This document shows positions 37,292 to 45,497 of a stretch of DNA of 64,000 bases, piece after piece. How positions within the stretch are numbered: position 1 is the first letter of the stretch; every line of letters starts with the position of its first letter. The position numbers and the translations under genes are program-made. Source of the DNA: a virus; the IMG/VR virus record IMGVR_UViG_3300023174_000065. One strand, 5' to 3'. The notes below the pieces were generated by a model. That model made no database searches. It had not been told where the DNA came from and worked only from the letters and a program-made list of their open reading frames with translations.

Positions 37292-37918
37292 ATGTCGCGC
37301 TACTTACGAGAACATTTGAGTTTTGACCAAGCTCGCGTCATTTTAGAAAATGATGGAGAGAATGGTAAAAATCTTTGGTTAAAAGGCATTTGCATCCAAG
37401 GCGGGATCCGCAACGCTAATCAGCGTGTTTATCCAGTTAATGAAATTGGCAATGCTGTCAAGACATTGAATGACCAGATTCAAAACGGATATAGTGTTCT
37501 CGGAGAAGTTGACCATCCAGATGATCTTAAAGTAAATTTAGACCGTGTGTCGCACATGATTACAGAAATGTGGATGGACGGTCCTAATGGATATGGCAAG
37601 ATGAAAATTTTGCCAACTCCTATGGGTAATCTCATCAAGACAATGTTAGAATCAGGCGTAAAACTTGGCGTAAGTTCCAGAGGTAGCGGAAACGTTAAAG
37701 ACGGAACTGGAGAAGTTTCTGATTTTGAAATTATCACTGTTGATATTGTTGCCCAGCCGAGCGCGCCTGGAGCTTATCCAACTCCTGTATACGAGCATCT
37801 TATGAATAATAAGGGCGGATATCAAAGTTGGAGAGTTGCGCAAGAAGTTAAAGAAGATCCAAAGGCCCAAAAATATCTGCAAGAATCTATCGTGCAGATT
37901 ATTAAAGGTCTAAAATAA
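37292..37918 (+). CDS. gp21: Prohead core protease
   Basis: GICIQGGIRNANQRVYP, GEVDHP, VSHMI, KLGVSSRGSG and VDIVAQPSAPGAY motifs. Confidence 0.95.
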   Translation: MSRYLREHLSFDQARVILENDGENGKNLWLKGICIQGGIRNANQRVYPVNEIGNAVKTLNDQIQNGYSVLGEVDHPDDLKVNLDRVSHMITEMWMDGPNGYGKMKILPTPMGNLIKTMLESGVKLGVSSRGSGNVKDGTGEVSDFEIITVDIVAQPSAPGAYPTPVYEHLMNNKGGYQSWRVAQEVKEDPKAQKYLQESIVQIIKGLK

Positions 37919-37934
37919 GCCCGAGGAGAAATAG

Positions 37935-39017
37935 ATGTTGGATGCATTCAAACAGTTAGTAGAAAGCGGCATGATGTCAGAACAAGTTCGTTCTGCTGTC
38001 CAAGAAGCTTTTGATCTAAGAATCCAAGAGAATCGCGACCAAGTCACAGCCGAACTCCGTGAAGAATTTGCTCAAAAATACGAACACGACAAAGGCGTTA
38101 TCATTGAATCTATGAATTCAATGCTAAGTGAAAGATTGGCCGCAGAAATTACTGAATTTGCTGAGGATAGACGTGCTTTGGCCGAAACCCGTGCCAAGTA
38201 TGTTGAAAAAATGAAAGGTGACACCAGAATGATGGAATCTTTTGTTACTCATCAATTAGCTAATGAACTTAAAGAATTCCAAAGCGACCGAGTAAAAGTC
38301 GCAGAGAATTTTGAAAAGCTTGAGCAGTTCGTTGTAAACGCACTTGCAAGAGAAATTTCTGAGTTTGCCGAAGACAAGCGTGATCTAGCTGAAACTAAAG
38401 TCAAGCTAGTAGCAGGTGCTAAGGCAAAACTTGACGAAGTTAAAACACAATTCATCAAACGCGCATCTACAACTGTACAGAAAACAGTAGAAGCAACTTT
38501 ACGTAATGAGATTTATCAGTTGCGTGAAGATATTGATTCTGCTCGAACAAGCAGCTTTGGACGTCGTATTTTTGAAGCATACGCTCAAGAATTCCAGCAC
38601 AGTTTTCTTAATGAAAAGTCAGAAACATCAAAATTGTTGAAGATCATCAATAAGAAAGATGCTGAAATTGCCGAAGCAAAATCATCCCAGGTAGAAGCTC
38701 TCCAACTAGCAGAATCCAAAGAACGCGAACTTCGTGTTCAGAAAGATTTGATGGAGCGTAAAGTCGTAATGGGTGAACTATTAGCACCTCTAAGTGCTGA
38801 TAAAAAAGGAATCATGCGTGAACTATTGGAGTCAGTAGACACCAATCGTTTAGCAGGAGCCTTCGATAAATACCTACCCGCAGTCATGGAAGGCGAAACA
38901 CGAAAGCCAAAAACTTCTGCTGTTTTAACAGAAGCAGTTGGTGATCGTAACGTAAAAAATACTGAGGTAGGCTTAGATAATATAGTAGATATCCGCAAAT
39001 TGGCGGGTCTAAAATAA
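37935..39017 (+). CDS. gp22: Prohead core scaffolding protein
   Basis: Coiled-coil, E/K-rich; lies between gp21 and gp23; GRRIFEAY motif. Confidence 0.85.
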   Translation: MLDAFKQLVESGMMSEQVRSAVQEAFDLRIQENRDQVTAELREEFAQKYEHDKGVIIESMNSMLSERLAAEITEFAEDRRALAETRAKYVEKMKGDTRMMESFVTHQLANELKEFQSDRVKVAENFEKLEQFVVNALAREISEFAEDKRDLAETKVKLVAGAKAKLDEVKTQFIKRASTTVQKTVEATLRNEIYQLREDIDSARTSSFGRRIFEAYAQEFQHSFLNEKSETSKLLKIINKKDAEIAEAKSSQVEALQLAESKERELRVQKDLMERKVVMGELLAPLSADKKGIMRELLESVDTNRLAGAFDKYLPAVMEGETRKPKTSAVLTEAVGDRNVKNTEVGLDNIVDIRKLAGLK

Positions 39018-39036
39018 CATTTTCAAGGAGAAAAAA

Positions 39037-40212
39037 ATGTCACAACTTCTGAACGAAAGATGGTCAGAAACCAAAGAAGCTCTGCTTGAAGGCCTCCAAG
39101 GGACCCGCAAAGCTTCGATGTCTGTATGCCTAGATAATACACGTCGTTACCTTTCAGAAAGCGCTTCCTCTGGTGCGACTTCTGCAGGCAACATTGCTAC
39201 ACTAAACCGCGTCATTCTTCCAGTAATTCGACGTGTTATGCCAACTGTTATTGCTAACGAAATCGTTGGTGTTCAGCCAATGACTGGTCCAGTTGCTCAG
39301 ATCCACACTCTACGTGTTCGTTATGCTGATAACGCATCAGACGTAGTTGCTGGTGAAGAAGCACTATCACCATTCAAGATTGCTGCTGCATACTCAGGTA
39401 ATGATTCTGCATCAGCTCCAAAGGCAACTTCAACTGCACAGCTTGAAGGTACTCCAGGTCGTAGAATGAGCATTCAGATCTTGAAGGCACCAGTTGAAGC
39501 AAAGAGCCGTAAGCTCTCTGCTCGTTGGACCTTCGAAGCTGCTCAAGATGCACAGGCTCAGCAGGGCATTGACATCGAAGCAGAAATCATGGCAGCTCTT
39601 GCACAGGAAATCACAACTGAAATCGATCAGGAAATCCTTGCATCACTCCGTGCTCTTGCATCAGTCGAAGAAACATATGACCAGTCACTTGTTTCTGGTA
39701 CAGCAACATTCGTTGGTGACGAACATGCTGCTCTTGCAATTCAGATTAACCGCGTAAGCAACAAGATTGCACAGCGTACTCGTCGTGGTGCTGGTAACTG
39801 GGCTGTTGTGTCTAACCAGGCACTAACAATCCTACAGTCAGCTACCACTTCTGCGTTTGCTCGTACAACTGAAGGTACTTTTGAAGCACCTACAAACACT
39901 AAGTTCGTTGGTACTCTAAACGGTGCTATGCGCGTTTATGTTGATGCATATCGTCCAGATAGCGACGACGACAACCAGGTTCTTATTGGTTATAAGGGTT
40001 CGAGCGAAGCAGACGCTGCTGCGTTCTACTGCCCATATATTCCTCTAATGAGTTCAGGTGTTGTTCTTGACCCAGCAACTTTTGAACCAGTTGTTGGTTT
40101 CTTGACCCGCTACGGCTACATCGAATTGACAAATACTGCATCGAGTTTGGGAAATGCTGCCGATTACTTGGGCAAGGTTTCAATCACTTCTGCAAACGTA
40201 AGCTTCAAGTAA
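39037..40212 (+). CDS. gp23: Major capsid protein
   Basis: ILPVIRRVMPTVIANEIVGVQPMTGP, AKSRKLSARWTFEAAQD, RTRRGAGN, GYKG..E.DAAAFYCPYIPL and TRYG; strong codon bias. Confidence 0.97.
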   Translation: MSQLLNERWSETKEALLEGLQGTRKASMSVCLDNTRRYLSESASSGATSAGNIATLNRVILPVIRRVMPTVIANEIVGVQPMTGPVAQIHTLRVRYADNASDVVAGEEALSPFKIAAAYSGNDSASAPKATSTAQLEGTPGRRMSIQILKAPVEAKSRKLSARWTFEAAQDAQAQQGIDIEAEIMAALAQEITTEIDQEILASLRALASVEETYDQSLVSGTATFVGDEHAALAIQINRVSNKIAQRTRRGAGNWAVVSNQALTILQSATTSAFARTTEGTFEAPTNTKFVGTLNGAMRVYVDAYRPDSDDDNQVLIGYKGSSEADAAAFYCPYIPLMSSGVVLDPATFEPVVGFLTRYGYIELTNTASSLGNAADYLGKVSITSANVSFK

Positions 40213-40237
40213 GTTTAACTCACAAGTACAAAAAATT

Positions 40238-40268
40238 GAAAGCGCGGCGAAAGTCGCGCTTTCTTTTT
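40238..40268 (+). terminator. Intrinsic terminator after gp23
   Basis: GAAAGCGCGGC-GAAA-GTCGCGCTTTC followed by TTTTT. Confidence 0.85.
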
Positions 40269-40318
40269 GTATAGAATTTAAAAATAATAGCAATGCAGCA
40301 GACTATAATAAATATAAG

Positions 40319-41119
40319 ATGAAACATTTTATATACAAAACAACTCACGTTAATGGCAAATACTACATTGGTCGTCATAGTACCGATAATATAGATGATG
40401 GTTATATTGGATCGGGAAGATGGCCCAGGTCTATCAAAGATAAGTCAGTATTGACTAGGGAAATTCTAGAATTTGCCGAAGATTATGATCATCTAATTAG
40501 GTTAGAAAATCAATATCTAGTAGAACATTATGGAAAACCAAACTGCATGAATATGAGCAATGTTAGTACTGGATATGCGACCGGCAATGCTAATCCAATG
40601 AATAATCCAGAAACTGCTTCAAAAATTAGTGGTGATAATCATTGGTTAAAAAAGAATCCAGAAAGGATTGAAGAAATAAAAGATAGACAACTAATTGCAT
40701 CAAAAGACGGGACACACAATTGGTTAGGCTCAAGAAATCCTAATAAAGATGGTTCTATATCTAGAAAAACTGCATCTGAAGGATGCAATATATTTCAAAC
40801 CAACAATCCCAGTATATGGAGAAGTGAGCAAGGAATTCATCATTGGCAAAATGGTAATAGTCCTAACTATGAAGGTAAACTTAATAAAAAATTAGTTGAA
40901 GAAGGTCGGCATAACTGGCTAGGTCCAGATGCAAATAATAAACGAATTTCAGAGGGTACACATAATTTTCTTGGCAGTGCAAGCAATGAAAAAATGCTGG
41001 CAGAAGGCAGTCATCCGTCTCAGCAAAAGAAAATATGTGAACATTGTGACAAATCTATGAGCGTGGGCATGTACAAACGTTGGCATGGCGACAATTGCAA
41101 ATTTAAGGAACCACGATGA
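40319..41119 (+). CDS. Free-standing GIY-YIG (Seg-like) homing endonuclease
   Basis: FIYKTTHVNGKYYIGRHSTDNIDDGYIGSG..REILEF..E; repeated EG.HN(W/F)LG units; C-terminal CEHC..RWHGDNCK zinc motif. Confidence 0.85.
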   Translation: MKHFIYKTTHVNGKYYIGRHSTDNIDDGYIGSGRWPRSIKDKSVLTREILEFAEDYDHLIRLENQYLVEHYGKPNCMNMSNVSTGYATGNANPMNNPETASKISGDNHWLKKNPERIEEIKDRQLIASKDGTHNWLGSRNPNKDGSISRKTASEGCNIFQTNNPSIWRSEQGIHHWQNGNSPNYEGKLNKKLVEEGRHNWLGPDANNKRISEGTHNFLGSASNEKMLAEGSHPSQQKKICEHCDKSMSVGMYKRWHGDNCKFKEPR

Positions 41120-41361
41120 AACTATATGAACATAATGGCAAAATATATGAAATAAAAATTGTCGAGGGCGTTGAAATTATTGAATCTGAAGAAAAGCCTG
41201 GTCCAGGATGGATACAGGTAGATGTTGACAATTTAATGATACTCAAGCACTTTCAGAAAAAAAGTCAACGCCGTGTTGAGAGTTTAACAGACTTTCTTAA
41301 GGATATAGAACTATCTTCAGATTTTAAGGATTCGGCAAGTGAGAATATTCGAGATAACTGA
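41116..41361 (+). CDS. Hypothetical protein
   Basis: 81-aa ORF with ATGA overlap and SD AAGGA. Confidence 0.55.
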   Translation: MKLYEHNGKIYEIKIVEGVEIIESEEKPGPGWIQVDVDNLMILKHFQKKSQRRVESLTDFLKDIELSSDFKDSASENIRDN

Positions 41362-41635
41362 TAAAAATAAAACATGGAATGCAATATCAGGAATTAGTAC
41401 GAATTATGAAGAAGAATATACCCTACTTCTGAGAGTCCATAATCTTTACACAAAGATGAAAAGACATCACCAATATCCTGCTATTGTTTCTCAGATGGAT
41501 GATTTTATTACGGATGCTACTAAATTTGTCAATGTTGTATATCCAGATAAAAATGATCCGGACATAGATAATATTAAAAATAATACAAAACAAATGATAA
41601 GTCATATAGAACAACTGCGAACCACCTTACTTTGA
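41339..41635 (+). CDS. Hypothetical protein
   Basis: 98-aa ORF, GTG start, MRIFEI N-terminus, AAGGA upstream. Confidence 0.6.
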   Translation: MRIFEITDKNKTWNAISGISTNYEEEYTLLLRVHNLYTKMKRHHQYPAIVSQMDDFITDATKFVNVVYPDKNDPDIDNIKNNTKQMISHIEQLRTTLL

Positions 41636-41663
41636 CTAAATAGATTGTCAGGTCTTAAAAAGT

Positions 41664-41712
41664 ATTATGCAGAAACCCGCTGCGTATGTCATAGAATGAC
41701 ACATCAAGGAGA
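41664..41712 (+). promoter_or_regulatory. Structured 5' leader (two hairpins) ahead of the SD of 41719
   Basis: TATGCAG-aaacccg-CTGCGTA followed by TGTCAT-aga-ATGACA, then AAGGAG; CTAAATA late-type promoter at 41636-42. Confidence 0.5.
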
Positions 41713-41718
41713 AAACAA

Positions 41719-42642
41719 ATGGGACGTCCAATTAATAGTAAGTTTTTCGGTAACTTAAACCGACCATATAATAATTTTGCCACTGGTGGTCTTACTGGTG
41801 TTGGCGGAGAAAGCATTGCAACTGTATCAGTTTCAAACAGTGGTACGCTATACTCACAAGGTGCTGTTGTAACAATCTCTGCTCCAAATATCACTGGTGG
41901 TATTCGTGCAACAGTTTCCACGACTGCTAATGCCGCTGGCAATGTTGCTGTTACTATTGCTAATTCTGGTACTGGTTATACTGCAACTAGTACATTATCA
42001 ATCTCAACTGCATCTGCTGTTACAAAAGTTACAACTGGTACATCTGCTACTACTGTAATTTATCCTGCTACTACAAGTGGTATCTATGTTGGTATGAAGG
42101 TAATTGGTACAGGTATTAGTGCAAGTGCTACCTATGTAACTTCATTCACTGGTGCAGCAGTTAACTTAACTTGGCCAAATGCTACCGCAATTTCGACATC
42201 TGTTAACTTCGTTGATGTTGGTACTGGATTTGCAGGAATTGTTTCTGCTCTTACTACTACTACTCAAAATGCACTTAGAATTACTACATATCTAACAACC
42301 GGAAGTTCCGCGGTTACTGGCGGCGATATCCTTAAGCAGGATTCAAGCCGTAAATATTTGGTACAGAATTCACAGGGTCGAGGCGTAGTTAAACTAAGCG
42401 CAGGAACTGGAACAAATCATGTGCTAGAACCAGGCGGAATGCATTTGATTGCAACTGACTTTGGTGGTTCAACTTATTATGTTCTTAAGCTAACTGCTCG
42501 TCGTGTAACTTTAACAGATCGTTCGGGTACTAGTACTGCATTAGTAACTCTAACAACTGGCACAGACGGTGTAAAAACTGGATCTGCTAAATGGACTCTT
42601 GGTGCAGCAACAGGCACTATTGTCACTCTTTCTAACGCTTAA
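41719..42642 (+). CDS. Thr/Gly-rich virion structural protein (possible head decoration or fibre)
   Basis: MGRPINSKFFG start, Thr-rich beta motifs, codon bias like gp23, own late promoter and terminator. Confidence 0.75.
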   Translation: MGRPINSKFFGNLNRPYNNFATGGLTGVGGESIATVSVSNSGTLYSQGAVVTISAPNITGGIRATVSTTANAAGNVAVTIANSGTGYTATSTLSISTASAVTKVTTGTSATTVIYPATTSGIYVGMKVIGTGISASATYVTSFTGAAVNLTWPNATAISTSVNFVDVGTGFAGIVSALTTTTQNALRITTYLTTGSSAVTGGDILKQDSSRKYLVQNSQGRGVVKLSAGTGTNHVLEPGGMHLIATDFGGSTYYVLKLTARRVTLTDRSGTSTALVTLTTGTDGVKTGSAKWTLGAATGTIVTLSNA

Positions 42643-42648
42643 AAACAG

Positions 42649-42676
42649 AAATTGGGGGAGAAATCCCCCAATTTTT
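42649..42676 (+). terminator. Intrinsic terminator
   Basis: AAATTGGGGGA-GAAA-TCCCCCAATTT followed by TT. Confidence 0.8.
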
Positions 42677-42687
42677 AAGGTCAATGA

Positions 42688-43227
42688 ATGAACTTTACCT
42701 ATTATCCATCGCAAGTAATTCAAACAAGTAGTTTGCCCGATCAAGAAATTGGATGGACGCAATACTCAATAGGTAATTCTGAATATCTCCTGGGTTCAAG
42801 ATGGAAAACCAATAAACCACTATTGCATATTTCAAATCCTGCAACTGGTGATTTGCGAAATTCAACATGGACATTGACTTGTACGGGTTTTAATATTCCT
42901 TTATTGAATACAATTACTGGAATAAAATTAAATGTTAAAGCACAACGAAACGGAAGAATCGTTGATGATATAATTCAATTAACATATCAAGGATCTGCGA
43001 TTGGAGCAAATAACTTTTCATATATCACTGATAGTGAGGGGCATTTTCTTTTGTTAAATGATACTTATTATGGTGGTGAATTTGATTTATGGGAATCAGA
43101 AGTTACGCCAAGTATGTTAACCGATCCTAGTTTTGGAATAATATTAAAATTTCAAAGTCATCCATTTTATCCACACAACTGTGAAATGTATCTGGATTCG
43201 GTGTCTTTAACTGTTTATTCCGTATAA
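42688..43227 (+). CDS. Hypothetical (jelly-roll-like) virion protein
   Basis: LTCTGFNIP..ITGIKLNV..YYGGEFDLW..TPSMLTDPSFGI..YLDSVSLTVY pattern. Confidence 0.75.
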   Translation: MNFTYYPSQVIQTSSLPDQEIGWTQYSIGNSEYLLGSRWKTNKPLLHISNPATGDLRNSTWTLTCTGFNIPLLNTITGIKLNVKAQRNGRIVDDIIQLTYQGSAIGANNFSYITDSEGHFLLLNDTYYGGEFDLWESEVTPSMLTDPSFGIILKFQSHPFYPHNCEMYLDSVSLTVYSV

Positions 43228-43248
43228 ATATTACAGAGGAAAATATCA

Positions 43249-44316
43249 ATGGCTACAACTGTTTCAAGAGTAAATGGTAATTATAAAATTCAGTCATCTT
43301 CTGGTACAGATGTTCTAGTTGTTGATACCACTGGTGCTGGCTATGATATGCCATCTTCGTATACTAACTCTAAAGTTGTGATCACCGGTGATTTGTACGT
43401 ATTAGGAACTAAGACAGAAACATCTTCTACTACAGTCACTATTAAAGATCCTTCGATTACATTAAATCAAGGAAATACATTTACATTACCTGGCAGTCCT
43501 CTTGTTTCAGGAATTGACATTGATCGAACTCCAAATCCATCAGCATTTATACAGTGGTATGAAGGTGGTACTTGGACTGGATTTGGAGGAGCAACTACTT
43601 CTACTGGTTACTTTGAATTTAGAACTGGACCTCGAAATTCAGCAAACTACAGCGCAATTAAAGTTAATAAAATTTTACTCGGTGATTATGACGGATTTAC
43701 TGAGGGTCCTTTAAGAAATCGATTAAATCTTCTCGGTGCAGAAAATCCAGTGGGAGTACTTAGTGTTTCAGGTACTAATAATTACGCCAGTCGTGTTATA
43801 GATGCTGACGATATTCCTAATAAGGCATATGTTGACCAAATTCAACAATATTCGGTCACTGAACGTACATTTAGTATTGTCACTGGTTCTAACTATCTAA
43901 CATTGACTAATCCTGCTACCGAAGGTATTCCTAGTGCGATATTAGGCGTTCTTAATGGTAATCCTGTTACAAAAACAAATATTACAACTGGAACAATTGT
44001 TCTTAACATAACAACTTCTACTGCTTTAGTAGGCACAATAGATATTGTTGCCGCACAAATTTCTCCAGTTTTGCCCTATGTTGATTTAGTATTATTTGCT
44101 AATACAGGCGGCCAAGTAAAATTGAATTCTCCATTATTGTTACAGGCAAATGGAGATGTGCCAATACCTCAATCAGGACAAACTGGTATATACTCGGATG
44201 ATCCAGCTGGAGGAGGCACCGGTCTTTATTATATAAATAGTAGTACATCAGGCAGAGTCCTACAGGATGAGTTTATCAGTCGTAGAAAAGCATTGATTTA
44301 TAGTATAATTTTTTAG
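43249..44316 (+). CDS. Fibre/appendage-associated structural protein
   Basis: VITGDLYVLGTKT..TIKDPSITLN motif; ends ALIYSIIF; TATAAATA at 43223-30. Confidence 0.75.
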   Translation: MATTVSRVNGNYKIQSSSGTDVLVVDTTGAGYDMPSSYTNSKVVITGDLYVLGTKTETSSTTVTIKDPSITLNQGNTFTLPGSPLVSGIDIDRTPNPSAFIQWYEGGTWTGFGGATTSTGYFEFRTGPRNSANYSAIKVNKILLGDYDGFTEGPLRNRLNLLGAENPVGVLSVSGTNNYASRVIDADDIPNKAYVDQIQQYSVTERTFSIVTGSNYLTLTNPATEGIPSAILGVLNGNPVTKTNITTGTIVLNITTSTALVGTIDIVAAQISPVLPYVDLVLFANTGGQVKLNSPLLLQANGDVPIPQSGQTGIYSDDPAGGGTGLYYINSSTSGRVLQDEFISRRKALIYSIIF

Positions 44317-44324
44317 GAAATTTC

Positions 44325-44639
44325 ATGATAATAAACAGAACATTAGCTACAACACCGGTAGCGGCTATCTTTACAGCCACTTTTCAAACCGCGATTACTA
44401 CCGTGATGTTTTGTAATATTACTACCAGTACAGACGCTACTATTAAAGTATATGCGGTTGCAAGTGGGCTTAATCCAAGTCCTAGTACACAAGTTATAAA
44501 CAACGTCACAGTTCCTGTGGGAGAAACTTTTGTCCTAGACACGGAAAGATTGATTCTAGATGCAGGTGATGCACTATGGGCAACTGCCAGTGTCTCTGAC
44601 ACAATTGTTGCAACTGCAAGTTTGATGGTAACTGGCTAA
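44325..44639 (+). CDS. Small beta-sandwich virion protein
   Basis: TAITTVMFCN..VPVGETFVLDTERLILDAGDAL; paralog of 53378-53764. Confidence 0.75.
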   Translation: MIINRTLATTPVAAIFTATFQTAITTVMFCNITTSTDATIKVYAVASGLNPSPSTQVINNVTVPVGETFVLDTERLILDAGDALWATASVSDTIVATASLMVTG

Positions 44640-45379
44640 TGAAGTTTTATAAACGCCTCTCAATTGATAGCAAGGATCCTATGAACAATTCGCTTGCTGT
44701 CGAAACCGATGGCAGAATTGTAACAGATACCACAAAAAGTATACAGATACCAGCAGGCACTACTGCTCAACGGCCTGGTGTTCTTAACAATGGCCAACTT
44801 CGTTACAATTCTAGTATTGGATCTTCTGGTGGTGAATTAGAGGCATATGTTGGTGGCAAATGGCAAGTTATAAAAACGGTTAGACAGTCGGAAATATCTC
44901 AACAAATATTTTATAATGGCAATTATGCAAATACCATATTTGGACCTCTGAGCTATAATGTGGATATTACTAGGCCACAAAATGTAGTAGTTTTTGTAGA
45001 AAATGTGCCTCAAATTGCTAATTTAAATTATACGCTAATAAGTTCGCCTATAACAACATCAACAACTGCTACAGTTCGAGTTGTTTCTGGTACAGTTCTA
45101 ACAGTAAAATCTGTTGCAGATTTTAACGTTTCAAATATAATTACTCATTCTGGAAATGCAATTTCTGTTGGTACAACTATTACCTCCGTTAATGTTACTA
45201 ACTCAACAATATCTATTTCTAATGCTTTAATTGGTACAATAAACACTGGTGATAGTCTGACCACTAGTTTTTCGTCAGGAACTTATATAAAATTTGTCGA
45301 AGACTCATTACCTGTTCCCACTAAACCAGTGATTGCTATATTAGGATTTGACGGATATACACCTCCGTTTGCTCCCTAA
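44639..45379 (+). CDS. Virion structural protein (fibre-associated)
   Basis: IPAGTTAQRP..GQLRYNS..ELEAYVGGKW motif; VVVFVENVPQ. Confidence 0.75.
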   Translation: MKFYKRLSIDSKDPMNNSLAVETDGRIVTDTTKSIQIPAGTTAQRPGVLNNGQLRYNSSIGSSGGELEAYVGGKWQVIKTVRQSEISQQIFYNGNYANTIFGPLSYNVDITRPQNVVVFVENVPQIANLNYTLISSPITTSTTATVRVVSGTVLTVKSVADFNVSNIITHSGNAISVGTTITSVNVTNSTISISNALIGTINTGDSLTTSFSSGTYIKFVEDSLPVPTKPVIAILGFDGYTPPFAP

Positions 45380-45410
45380 CAACATAGTTTTTCATAAATC
45401 AGCTAAATAA

Positions 45411-45492
45411 TAGTACTGTCATAAATGACAGCCGGACTGTGGTAAACCCGCAATGTAATGTGGTTATCCGTGAAACACGGTGTATTGGGGAG
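45411..45492 (+). promoter_or_regulatory. Structured (possibly pseudoknotted) 5' leader of the 2.6-kaa virion protein gene
   Basis: CTAAATA promoter (45403-09); hairpins CTGTCA-taaa-TGACAG, TGTGG-taaac-CCGCA and CCGTG-aaa-CACGG; closing TAGTAC/GTATTG next to SD GGGGAG. Confidence 0.55.
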
Positions 45493-45497
45493 CAAGT

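Noticed and set aside
34122-40212. Introns or inteins in portal, protease or capsid genes
   Set aside because: The reading frames are continuous and of normal length, with no intein terminal motifs.
45480-45497. ORF-track GTG start at 45480
   Set aside because: It lies within the structured leader, upstream of the SD GGGGAG; ATG at 45498 is better placed.
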